Below are positions 1 through 12,000 of a stretch of DNA of 64,000 nucleotides, piece after piece. The position numbers and the translations under genes were made by a program. The DNA lies in contig NIVC01002633.1 of the NCBI GenBank assembly GCA_002269645.1, positions 1-64,000 on the forward strand, written 5' to 3'. Source of the DNA: Macrostomum lignano. Lineage: Eukaryota. How positions within the stretch are numbered: the first letter of the stretch is position 1; each line of letters begins with the position of its first letter. The notes under the pieces were generated by a model. That model searched no databases and was not told the DNA's origin. It saw only the letters and a program-made list of their open reading frames with translations.

Positions 1-907
1 AAGTTGGTGCGATGTTTGTGTGTTTGTTTGTCTTTGCATAATCTCCCTAGAATACTTGCAACTCAGCGTTGAAACTTATATTGGAAACTGCAAATTTTCC
101 GAGGATGGCTTAGGCTATTTTAATCTTTCATTTTTACATTTTAAGATCCCTAAAAAAGCAAGAAACGGCGGTTTTGACCTTTGATAATCTTAATTGTACC
201 CTCTTTCTGTTTGGAGCTGAAAATTTGCATGAATTTTGAGCGATTGCGCCATAACTTTCTCCTATCTCTGCAGTGTATTTTCTCTCCAGTGGGGGGATGG
301 TCGCGTTCTCATGGCTGCGTGTGTACAATCGGACCCTAGCTCACTGGCTGATTGTATAGACAATTGCGCAACGATATGTGTTCTGATTTTCAATAGGCTG
401 CCCTGTGTAGTTTTGGACAGTGAAATTCAATGAATAAACTTGCGAGCCTCCCACTGCTGCAGGCAGTGAACGTACACTCGATATTTCAATGCTTTAAATC
501 AGAAAATTTCAAATGCTAACTGTTGCTCGATTTTTAACTTTGAGAGGAGAGACTTATATTGCTGGAAAGAGTTTGTAGCGTTGAGTTCAGGGATATAGGT
601 TTTTTGCTTTAAATATGAAAACTAAAAGCACAGCATTCAAAAACGATTTAAATACTTTTGCAAAGATTGTACTTATTTTTGCGATAGGTAGAGATAAAGT
701 TGGGGGGGTTCAACTTCTACTTGCCACTGCGTATTGGAAGGGGGCGGTGGCTGTGTATTGGATGGTTGATTTAAATTGCGCAATCATTTTGCTAACTTGA
801 ACTGAGACTGATACTGGCTGACTGAGAAATCGATTGCTCAATCTGTTGCTTCAATTAGTTCAATTTTTTATTATTGGTGCCTTTCAACACGCAGCTATGT
901 GTAGCTC

Positions 908-930
908 TAACCCTAACCCTAACCCTAGCC
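908..930 (+). repeat. Interstitial telomere-like (TAACCC)3 in unit A1
   Basis: taaccctaaccctaaccctagcc. Confidence 0.85.
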
Positions 931-1099
931 ACTGAATCCTGAGAGTTGAGTTCTGTTTGACAGAGAAATTTCGATTGAGTCCAGTTTCACGGAGAGGATC
1001 TTTTTGTCTTCGGAGAGGAGTTGGATGATGCAACTCGGGTTATGGAATTCAGCTAATGGAGTCCAGGAAATCGAATTCCGGTGATGGGAATTCTTCCGA

Positions 1100-1720
1100 T
1101 GCGAGAGAAAAGAGAAAAGAGAACAGAGAAAAGAGATTATAGAAAAGAGAGTAGATATGAGAGAGGAGAGATTAGAGATTAGAGAAGAGAGGGGAGAAGA
1201 TGAAAGGAGCAAGGAGAGGAGAGAAGAGAGAATGAAGAGGATAGAAAAGAGAGAAGAGAAGAGACGGGGATAGTGGAAAGGAGGAAGAAAGATGGGAGAC
1301 AAGAAAGTAGAGTCTGAGAGCGTACATGAGATATGAGAAATGAGAGCAGAGAGGAGAGAAAGAGAAGAGAGAGGGTTAAGAGAGACGATAGATAAGTGAG
1401 TAGAGATGACATATGAGAGAGGAGAGAAGAGGAGAGATAAGAGAGAAGAGAGGAGACAGGAGACAGAAGTGAAGAGGAGAGATATGAAAGAAGAGAGGAG
1501 ACAAGAGACAGGAGAGGGTACAGACGAAAGACGAAGGAGAAGAGATACATAAGGGAGTAGAGATAAGAGGAGAGAGAGGAGAGACTAGATATAAGATAGC
1601 AAAGAAGAGAGAGCAGAGATGAGAGACTAGAGATGGAAAGCAGATTAGAGAGAAGAGATAAGAGACTACACTGTAGAGATGAGAGGGCAAAGAGGAGAGC
1701 AAAAAGGCTTTACAGAGGAT
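1100..1720 (+). repeat. Polypurine (GA-rich) tract in unit A1
   Basis: Almost only A/G on + strand; source of the S/L/F-rich shadow ORFs on - strand. Confidence 0.9.
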
Positions 1721-2732
1721 TTGGAGATGATTTGGAAGATGGGATTCAAGTCATGGAGTTTCAGCTGATTGATTTCAGGGAATGGAATTCCGGTGATGGA
1801 GTTCTTCCCCTTTCTCCTCCGAAGGAGGAGTTCCACTCGTATATACTAAAGTTGACGTGTTGTTTGTCTGTCTGTCTGTCATTTCGACAACTCCTCCTTG
1901 AATAGTGGCAACTCAGCGTTGAAACTTATATGGGAAGATTGGAAATTATCCGAGTCGGCTATAGGCTATTTTAATTCTGAAATTTTAATTTCTAAGATCC
2001 TCAAAAAAGCAGAAAACGGCGGTCTTGACCTTTGATAATCTTAATTGTCCCCTCTTTCTGCTTGGAGCTGAAAATTTGCATGAATTTCAAGTGATTGCGC
2101 CACAACTTTTCCCTATCTCTGCAGTGTATTTTCTCTCCAGTGGGGGATGGGGCGTTCTAAATGGCTGCATGTGTACAATCGGACCCTGGCTCACCGGCTG
2201 ACTGTATAGACAATTGCGCAAAGATTTGTGTTCTAATTTTCAATAGGCAGCCCTGTGTTTTGTTGAACCTTGAAATTCAATGCATAAACTTGCGGGCCTC
2301 TTTAGCAGGCAGTGAACGTACAATTGATATTTCAATGCTTTAAATCAGAAAGTTTCAAACGCAAACTGTTGCTCGAGTTTTTAACTTTGAGAGAAAAAAT
2401 TAATATTGCTGGAAAGAACTTGCAAAGCTGATTTCAGGGATGTAAATTGTTTGCTTTAAATATGAAAATAAAAAGCACAGCATTGAAAAAACTATTTCCA
2501 TACTTTTAACTTTCTGCAAAAATTGTACTCAGTTTTGCGAGACGTAATAGATAAAGTTGGGGGGAGAGTTCAACTTCTCACTGCTGCTGTGTATTGGAGG
2601 GTTGATTTAGATTGCGCAATGTTTTTCTTAACTTTAACTGAGACTGATACTGACTGACTGAGAAATCGGTTGCGCAATCAATTGATTCAATTGGTTCAAT
2701 TTTTTATTTGGACACGCAGCTGTGTGTAGCTC

Positions 2733-2767
2733 TAACCCTGACCCTAACCCTAACAATAACCCTAACC
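2733..2767 (+). repeat. Degenerate telomere-like repeat in unit B1
   Basis: taaccc tgaccc taaccc taacaa taaccc taacc. Confidence 0.75.
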
Positions 2768-2974
2768 AATGAATCCTGATATTTATTTTTTTGACGGAGA
2801 AAATTTCAATTGAGTCCAGTTTAAAAGAGATAATTTCGATGGTTTTCAGTTTCACGGAAAGGATTTCGAAGGAGTCCAGTTTCACGGAGAGGATTTCGAT
2901 GGTTTTCAGTTGCACGGACAGGATTTCTGCTTCGCGGAGAGGATCTTGATGGATTTGGCATCATCAATCAGTCA

Positions 2975-3990
2975 GAGAAAAGAGTAAAGAGAAGAATGAA
3001 AGCAGAAGAGAGATGAGATGATAGAAAACAGAGTAGAAATAAGTGGAGATATTAGACATGACAGATTGGAGAGAAGAGGGGATTTAGGCGGGAACGAAGA
3101 GGGAGAGAGAAGAAAAGAGGAGAGAGGAGAGAAAATAGATTAGGGATAAGAGCGTACAGAGAAAATAGAAGAGAGGGGAGAGTAGAGGAGAAAGAAAGAG
3201 TGAGATGAGGGGATGAGGGATGAGAGAGGAGGGGAGACAGGAGAGACAAGAAAGGAGAAAAGAGGGGAGAAAGGAGAAAGGAGAGAGTAGAGACGAAGGA
3301 CCAGTTAGAAGATATAAATACGGTAGTAGAGATGAGAGGAGAGATAGGAGAGAGAAGCGAGAGAAGAAGCGAGAGGAGAAGAGAAAGAGGAGAGAGGAGA
3401 GAGATGAAATAGATAAGAGAGTTAAGAGAGGAAAGTAGTGAGGAGAGGAGAGATGAGAGATGCGATGATAAGAGATGAGTGAGAACATAAGAGAGAAGAG
3501 AGAAGAGATTAGAGAAGAGAGGGAGAAGATAAAAGGAGCAAGGGGAGGAGAAAAGAGAGAATGGAGAGGATAGAAAAGAGAGAAGAGAAGAGACAGGGAA
3601 AAGTGGAAAGGAGGAAAGAAAGATTGGAGACAAGTAAGTGGAGTGTGAGAGCGTATATGAGATATGAGAAATGAGAGCAGAGAGGAAAGAAAAGAGAAGA
3701 GAGAGAGGGTTAAGAGAGACGATAGATAAGTGAATAGGGATGACATATAAAAGAGGAGAGAAGAGGGAGAGATAAGAGAGAAGAGAGAAGACAGGAGACA
3801 GAAGTGAAGAGGAGAGATATGAGAGAAGAGAGGAGACAAGAGACAGGAGAGGGTACAGACGAAAGACGAGGGAGAAAACATAAATAAGGGAGTACGGGTA
3901 GAGATGAGATGAGAGAGAGGAGAGAGAAGAGAGTCACGATAATAGCACAGAGTGGAGAGAGTAGATATGAGAGACGTGAGAGTCTTTGAG
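2975..3990 (+). repeat. Polypurine (GA-rich) tract in unit B1
   Basis: Same tract with landmarks gagcgta, gggtacagacgaaagacg, gagtcacgataatagc. Confidence 0.9.
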
Positions 3991-5075
3991 CTATAATCTT
4001 TGAAAGGTTTTCTAAAGAATTTGGAGACGATTTGGAAGATAGGGTTCAAGACATGGAATTTCAGTTGATGGATATTTCAGGGAATGGAATTCCGGTGATG
4101 GGAGTTCTTCCCCTTTCTCCTCCGAAGGAGGAGTTCCACTCGTCTATCTCTATACTAAAGTTGACGCGTTGTTTGTGTGTTTGTTTGTCTGTTGCATAAC
4201 TCCTCCTAGAATACTTGCAACTCAGCGTTGAAACTTATATTGGAAAACTGAAAATTTTCTGAGGATGGCTTTAGGCTATTTTAAAATTTCATTTTTACAT
4301 TTTAAGATCCCTAAAAAAGCAGAAAATGGTGGTCTTGACCTTTGATAATCTTAATTGTCCCCTCTTTCTGTTTGGAGCTAAAAATTTGCATAAATTTTGA
4401 GTGATTGCGCTACAACTGTCTCCTATCTCTACAGTGTATTTTCTCTCCAGTGGGGATGGTCGCATTCTCAGTGGCTGCGTGTGTACAATCGGACCCTAGC
4501 TCACTGGCTGATTGTATAGATAGACAATTGCGCAACGATATGTGTTCTGATTTTCAATAGGCTGCCCTGTGTAGTTTTGGACAGTGAAATTCAATGAATA
4601 AACTTGCGAGCCTCCCTCTGCTGCAGGCAGTGAACGTACACTCGATATTTCAATGCTTTAAATCAGAAAGTTTCAAACGCTAACTGTTGCTCGATTTTTG
4701 AACTTTGAGAGACGAGACTTTTATTGCTGGAAAGAGCTTGCAGCGCTGAGTTCGGGGATATAAGTTGTTTGCTTTAAATATGATAATAACTAAAAATACG
4801 GCATTCAAAAAACGATTTCCATACTTTTGCAAAGATTGTACTTATTTTCGACAGGTCAGAGATAAAGTTGGGGGGTTCAACGTCTACTTGCCACTGCGTA
4901 TTGGAAGGGGGGCGGTCGCTGTGTATTGGATGGTTGATTTAAATTGCGCAATCATTTTGTTAACTTGAACTCAGACTGATACTGACTTATTGAGAAATCG
5001 ATTGCGCAATCTGTTGCTTCAATTAGTTCAATTTTTTATTATCGCTGCCTTTCAACACGCAGCTGTGTGTAGCTC

Positions 5076-5104
5076 TAACCCTAACCCTAACCCTAACCCT
5101 AGCC
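5076..5104 (+). repeat. Interstitial telomere-like (TAACCC)4 in unit A2
   Basis: taaccc x4 then tagcc. Confidence 0.85.
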
Positions 5105-5299
5105 ACTGAATCCTGAGAGTTGAGTTCTGTCTGACGAAGTAAATTTCGATTGAGTCCAGTTTAAAAGAGATCATTTCGATGGTGTTCAGTTTCACGGAGA
5201 GTGTTTCCGTTTCGCGGAGAGTATTTCGATTGTTTTCAGTTGCACAGACAGATTTCTGCTTCGTGGAGAGGATCTTGATGGATTTGGCATCTTCAATCA

Positions 5300-6340
5300 G
5301 TCAGAGAAGAGAGTAAAGAGAAAAATGAAAAGAGTAGAAAGATGAGTGGGTAGAAAACAGAGTAGAAATGAGTGGAGAGATTAGACATGACAGATGGGAG
5401 AGAAGAGGGGAGTAAGGCGGGAACGAAGAGGGAGAGAGAAGAGAAGAGGAGAGAGGAGATGAGAGGGGAGATATGAGATAGCAAAGGGAGACAAGAGAGA
5501 TAATAGGAGAGAGAATAGATGAGGGATAAGAGCGTACAGTGGAAATAAAAGAGAAAGGAGAGTAGAGGAGAAAGAAAGAGTGAGATGAGGGATGAGAGAT
5601 GAGAGAGGAGGGGAGAGAGAAGAGAGGAGAAAAGAGGAGAGAAAGGACACAGGAGAGAGTAGAGACGAAAAACCAGGGAGAAGATATAAATAAGGTAGTA
5701 GAGATGAGAGGAGAGAGAGGAGAGAGAAGCGAAAGGAGAAGAGAGAGGAGAGAGGAGAAAGATGAAAGATGAGAGATGAGAGAGTTAAGAGAGGAAAGTA
5801 GTGAGGAGAGGAGAGATGAGAGATGCGATGAGAAGATATGAGTGAGTACATGAGAGAACAGATTAGAGATTAGAGAAGAGAGGGAAGAAGATAAAAGGAG
5901 CAAGGAGAGGAGAAAAGATACAATGGAGAGGATAGAAAAGAGAGAAGAGAAGAGACATGGGATAGTGGAAAGGAGGAAAGACAGATGAAAGATAAGAAGT
6001 AGAGTGTGAGAGCGTATATGAGATATGAGATATGAGAGCAGAGAGGAGATAAAAGAGAAGAGAGAGAGGGTTAAGAGAGACGATAGACAAGTGAGTAGAG
6101 ATGACATATGAGAGAGGAGAGAAAAGGGAGAGATAAGAGAGAAGAGAGGAGACAGGAGACAGAAGTGAAGAGGAGAGATATGAGAGAAGAGAGGGGACAA
6201 GAGACAAGAGAGGGTACAGACGAAAGACGAGGGAGAAGAGATAAATAAGAGAGTAGGGGTAGAGATTAGATGAGAGAGAGGCGAGAGAAGAGAGTCACGA
6301 TAATAGCGAAGAGAGGAGAGAGGAGATATGAGAGACGTGA
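5300..6340 (+). repeat. Polypurine (GA-rich) tract in unit A2
   Basis: Same tract and landmarks. Confidence 0.9.
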
Positions 6341-6502
6341 GAGTCTTTGAGCTATGGTCTTTGAAAGGTTTGTAAAGAATTTGGAGACGATTTGGAAGAT
6401 AGGGTTCAAGACATGGAATTTAAGTTGATGGATATTTCAGGGAATAGAATTCCGGTGATGGGAGTTCTTCCCCTTTCTCCTCCGAAGGAGGAGTTCCACT
6501 CG

Positions 6503-8255
6503 TCTATATATACTAAAGTTGACGCGTTGTTTGTCTGTCTGTCTGTCTGTGTGTGTGTGTGTCATTTCGACAACTCCTCCTTGAATAGTGGCAACTCAGC
6601 GTTGAAACTTATATGGGAAGATTGGAAATTATCCGAGGTCGGCTATAGGCTATTTTAATTCTGAAATTTTAATTTCTAAGATCCTCAAAAAAGCAGAAAA
6701 CGGCGGTCTTGACCTTTGATAATCTTAATTGTCCCCTCTTTCTGCTTGGAGCTGAAAATTTGCATGAATTTTAAGTGATTGCGCCATAAAATTTTGCTAC
6801 CTTGGCAGTGTATTTTCTCTCCAGTGGGGGGATGGGGCGTTCTAAATGGCTGCATGTGTACAATCGGACCCTGGCTCACCGGCTGACTTTATAGACAATT
6901 GCGCAAAGATTTGTGTTCTAATTTTCAATAGGCAGCCCTGTGTTTTGTTGAACCTTGAAATTCAATGCATAAACTTGCGGGCCTCTTTAGCAGGCAGTGA
7001 ACGTACAATTGATATTTCAATGCTTTAAATCAGAAAGTTTCAAACGCAAACTGTTGCTCGAGTTTTTAACTTTGAGAGAAAAAATTAATCAAGAGGATCT
7101 TGATGGATTTGGCATCATCAATCAGTCAGAGAAAAGAGTAAAGAGAAGAATGAAAGCAGAAGAGAGATGAGATGATAGAAAACAGAGTAGAAATAAGTGG
7201 AGATATTAGACATGACAGATTGGAGAGAAGAGGGGATTTAGGCGGGAACGAAGAGGGAGAGAGAAGAAAAGAGGAGAGAGGAGAGAAAATAGATTAGGGA
7301 TAAGAGCGTACAGAGAAAATAGAAGAGAGGGAGAGTAGAGGAGAAAGAAAGAGTGAGATGAGGGGATGAGGGATGAGAGAGGAGGGGAGACAGGAGAGAC
7401 AAGAAAGGAGAAAAGAGGGGAGAAAGGAGAAAGGAGAGAGTAGAGACGAAGGACCAGTTAGAAGATATAAATACGGTAGTAGAGATGAGAGGAGAGATAG
7501 GAGAGAGAAGCGAGAGAAGAAGCGAGAGGAGAAGAGAAAGAGGAGAGAGGAGAGAGATGAAATAGATAAGAGAGTTAAGAGAGGAAAGTAGTGAGGAGAG
7601 GAGAGATGAGAGATGCGATGATAAGAGATGAGTGAGAACATAAGAGAGAAGAGAGAAGAGATTAGAGAAGAGAGGGGAGAAGATAAAAGGAGCAAGGGGA
7701 GGAGAAAAGAGAGAATGGAGAGGATAGAAAAGAGAGAAGAGAAGAGACAGGGAAAAGTGGAAAGGAGGAAAGAAAGATTGGAGACAAGTAAGTGGAGTGT
7801 GAGAGCGTATATGAGATATGAGAAATGAGAGCAGAGAGGAAAGAAAAGAGAAGAGAGAGAGGGTTAAGAGAGACGATATATAAGTGAATAGGGATGACAT
7901 ATAAAAGAGGAGAGAAGAGGGAGAGATAAGAGATAAGAGAGAAGAGAGGAGACAAGAGACAGGAGAGGGTACAGACGAAAGACGAGGGAGAAAACATAAA
8001 TAAGGGAGTACGGGTAGAGATGAGATGAGAGAGAGGAGAGAGAAGAGAGTCACGATAATAGCACAGAGTGGAGAGAGTAGATATGAGAGACGTGAGAGTC
8101 TTTGAGCTATGGTCTTTGAAAGGTTTTCTAAAGAATTTGGAGACGATTTGGAAGATAGGGTTCAAGACATGGAATTTCAGTTGATGGATATTTCAGGGAA
8201 TGGAATTCCGGTGATGGGAGTCCTTCCCCTTTCTCCTCCGAAGGAGGAGTTCCAC
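6503..8255 (+). mobile_element. Non-autonomous Helitron, unit B2 (internal deletion of about 0.5 kb vs B1)
   Basis: 5' TC-TATATATACTAAAG; near-identical to B1 (shadow ORFs 3220-3438 and 7373-7591 are identical) but jumps from aaaaattaat to gaggatcttgatgg near 7090; hairpin 8233-8249. Confidence 0.8.
7125..8095 (+). repeat. Polypurine (GA-rich) tract in unit B2
   Basis: Near-identical to 2975-3990. Confidence 0.9.
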
Positions 8256-9032
8256 TCTCTTAATACTAAAAGTGGTGCGCTGTTTGTTTGTCTGTATGTG
8301 TGTTGCAATTTTTCTCCTAGACTACTGACAAGTCAGCGTTAAAACTTATATGGGAAAACTGCAAATTTTCCGGATTGGGTTTATAGCTATTTTAATCTTT
8401 AGGTTTTATATTTTAAGATCCCTAAAAAAGCAGAAAACTGATTTCCTAACCTTCTTTGGCCCTTCTGTGGCCACTCTGCCTCTCCATTGGAGGGGTTGCA
8501 GTCTGTTTGTAAAAATAGCCACCCCTACCTCCGCCCGCGTGTCGCTGTGTTTTGGGGGGGTGGGTGCGCGTGTTCCGCGTTCAATGCAAAACCCCCCCGC
8601 GTGTTGGGGGGTTCAATTAAATTTAACGATTCCCCGGAATGGGGGTTTGGGCTTTGGCTGAGTGTACGTAGCAGTTGTACAGTGTAAGCAGATAGATAGG
8701 ACTGCCGAGATTCAATTGGTTTTATTGGCGCCTTGAGTCAGTCCATTGCATTGGCTGGGCAGTGGGGACAGACTGGTGGGGCTTAAGGTTCTTTTTTATT
8801 GATTTTTACTGACAAAAAATTGTGTACACTGACTGGGCCTTTCTTAAGGAGGCCAATTTTCAATTCTCTCTTGAGATTTTTCTCCAATCTGCTGAATCTG
8901 GTGAAATTTCTATTTGCTTATTCCTTCTATTCTTTTCTATTCTTTGCTTATTATCACCATCTACTTTCTATTTGCCTACTTTTGCTTTGTTTATTTTTGC
9001 CTGTTCATTGTTTATTGTATACGCGAAAGAAA

Positions 9033-12000
9033 ATGCCAAAACGCGGAAGTATTTCCCGTTCTACACGTGCTGCATCGGCAGCTAAAAAGCGCAGGGCCTC
9101 GGAGACACCCGAGGAGCGCCAGCATCGCCTTGAAGCGAATCGACGGCGCACAGCCGAAAGCCGCGAGGCTGAAGGCGAGGTGAAGCGCCAGAATCGCCTT
9201 GAGGCGAATCGACGGCGCACAGACGAAAGCCGCGAGGCTGAAGGCGAGGTGGAGCGCCAGAATCGGCTCGACCACGACCGGCTGCGTGCTGCCGAAAGCC
9301 ATGAAGCAGAGGCCGAAGCGGTCCATCAGCTTCGCTTGGAGGCGCAGCGGCAGCGCACAGCCGAAAGCCGTGAAGCCGAGGACGAGACGGTCCATCAGCA
9401 TCGCCTGGAGGCGCAGCGGCAGCGCCAGAACCAGAATCGCGCGGCTGAGTCCGCTGACGACCACAACCGCCGCCTAAACGCACAGGCAGAGTGGCGCCGA
9501 GACAGGTAGGGGTTCCTATATATTTTTATTTTACATTCTGCTATTTTTATATTATTATATATTATTTTCTGAGACAATTAAACTCTGCATACAGAACTGG
9601 ATTCTCAAGGAGAAGTCATGCCTTATGATTAAAATGCTTTTTCTTTCATTGTCACAGACTGCTGGAGCTGGCACACCGGCCACATGTGCTCGGTCGCATG
9701 GACCGCCAATGCCCGCACTGCAGCGCGCTACGCTGGAAGGACGAGCCAGCTAGCATTTGCTGTCACGCTGGAAAGGTGAGTCCATTTTTTATTTTAGTTT
9801 ACTTTAATTGCTGCTTCATTATTGCTTTTTATACTAATCATTGTATACAGTATAAAACCTCTGACCACCAATGGAGTCATAGAAAATTGCGTGATGTGCT
9901 GCTGAAAGTCATTAATCCAACTTTAATCCAACTCAGACCGTCCTGGAGCCCCGCCGTGACCCCCCTGATGTCCTGAAGCGGCTTCTGACTGGCCAGCACC
10001 CAGACAGCTCTCAGTTCCTGAAGGACATCAGGAAGTACAACGGCGCGCTCCACATGACGTCGCTCGGTGCCAAGCAGCGTGAGCAGCCCGGCTGGAACCC
10101 GAGCTTCATCCTCAATGGTCAGGTGCACCACAAGATCGGCAGTCTCTTGCCGGATCCGGGGGATGAGGCCAGGTTCTGCCAGGTCTTTTTTGTGGACCAG
10201 GAGCTGCAAACCCGGCTGCAGTGGGCCACCGGACTGAACGGTCGTGTGCTGGAAGAGCTGCAAGCCATGCTGCATGCGTGCAACGGCTACGTGCGCAGCC
10301 TCAAGTCCGCCGTTGACTTGCTCCGCAACGACCCTCAGCTGCAAAGCGCCAAGGTCGTCATCAACCCTGATGCCCGTCCATCAGGGGAGCATGCCAGACG
10401 CTTCAATTTGCCCGAGTGCAGTGAAGTCGGCATCCTGACGGACCTTGACGATACCGAAGGCGCAGCCCAGACGCGACGGCGGGACGTGATTTTGCGTCTG
10501 AGGGGCGGTGGTGAGTTCTGCATCCCGAAATTATGTTAAACTTTTTTTATTTGTTAATACAGGCGTTTAAATCATTTTCCTAAAAAGACTCAGACTTTTG
10601 CGCTTCTTTATGTGATAATGCACATGTATCGCTTAAATATTGAAGCAATTTATTATCTCTTGCTTTTGTGTGAATTGGAAGACTCAAGCATTCTGTTTCA
10701 TTAATTTAGTTGCTACTTATTTGCATTTAAAAATGAGAATGCGCCATTCATCATTTTTCATTCACAGGCCTCCAGAGCATCTGTGACACCCACCGCTCCT
10801 ACGATCCCTTGGAGTACGTCCTGCTGTTCCCATTTGGTGAGGACGGCTGGAGCATCGGACTCAAGCAGGATCGTGGCATCACTATCATGAAGTACTATGC
10901 CTTCATGATCCAGGTGCGTCCAGGCCAGTTCAACAGCCTGCTGTACGGTCGCCGGCTCTTCCAGCAGTACCTGGTGGACCAGGCTGCTAAGATCGAGTCC
11001 GAGCGACTTACGTACATCCGACTGCACCAAAAGGATCTGGTGTCGGAAAGTCTTCGGGGTCTCCGAGACGCGCTGCACGAGGACGACGGCAGGCCGGAGG
11101 AAGTCGGGAAGCGTGTCATTCTTACTTCCAGCTACGTGGGAGGTCCACGGTACCGTCTGGAGCGTCAGCAGGATGCCATGGCGTATGTTCACGCCTTTGG
11201 CCGCCCAGACCTGTTTCTGACGATGACATGCAACCCGAAGTGGCCGGAAATTCTGGCCGAGCTGCTTCCAGGACAGACTGCCGTCGATCGGCCGGACATT
11301 ACCGCCCGGGTGTTCGAGCTGAAAAAGAAGGCCTTCCTAAACAGGCTGAAGAGTCTGTTTGAAGATACTCTGGCTCGAGTCTGCTCGCTGGAGTACCAGA
11401 AGCGAGGCAAGTGTGAAATTTGTATGAACTTTTGAAAATTTTAACATTTAAATGTTGCATTAACTGTCGCCTCAATAATTTCGTAAATTTCAATAGAGTT
11501 TTTAATTTTATCTACATCCAGGTCTTCCCCACGTGCACGCGCTGCTTTGGCTGGCGAACAAGCTGAAGCCGGATCAGTACGACGCCGTCATCAGCGCGGA
11601 GATCCCGGACCCTGTCGCCGACGCCGACCTGCATCAGCTGGTGGCGGAGAACATGCTGCACGGTCCCTGTGGACAGCAGCTCAATTCTGCCGCGGCGTGC
11701 ATGGAGAAAGGCAGGTGCAGCAAGCGCTACCCGAGGGAGTTCCTGGCCGCCACGAAGGTGGAGGAGGATGGCTACCCGCATTACTGCCGCAGATCCGTCG
11801 AGATGGGCGGCTTCACGGTGACGAAGCTCGCAAAGCTGCGCGGCGGTCAGAGGGTGATGTTCACCTTTGACAACCGCTGGGTGGTGCCGTACTGCCCAGC
11901 GCTGCTGCGCGAGTTTCGCTGTCACCTGAATGTCGAGATCTGCGCGACAGTTCGGGCCATCAAGTACGTGGTGAAGTACATCACCAAGGGTAGCGACATG

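Larger units (their letters stand above)
1..1839 (+). mobile_element. Non-autonomous Helitron, unit A1 (5' end cut by window edge)
   Basis: Starts with the shared 5' block (aagttg..gtttgtttgtc..caactcagcgttgaaacttata). Ends with hairpin CTCCTCC-GAA-GGAGGAG (1814-1830) then ttccaCTCG (1836-1839). Both ends resemble those of the RepHel element at 8256-16254. Confidence 0.8.
1840..4142 (+). mobile_element. Non-autonomous Helitron, unit B1
   Basis: Begins T-ATATACTAAAGTTG immediately after the previous CTCG; (GTCT)n microsatellite near 5' end; hairpin 4117-4133 and CTCG at 4139-4142. Confidence 0.8.
4143..6502 (+). mobile_element. Non-autonomous Helitron, unit A2
   Basis: 5' TC-TATCTCTATACTAAAGTTG; closely similar to unit A1 over about 1 kb; hairpin 6477-6493, CTCG 6499-6502. 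Confidence 0.8.

Noticed and set aside
925-8165. Many long minus-strand S/L/F-rich ORFs and plus-strand R/E/K-rich ORFs
   Set aside because: Shadow translations of the GA-rich tracts; no domain structure or splice context.
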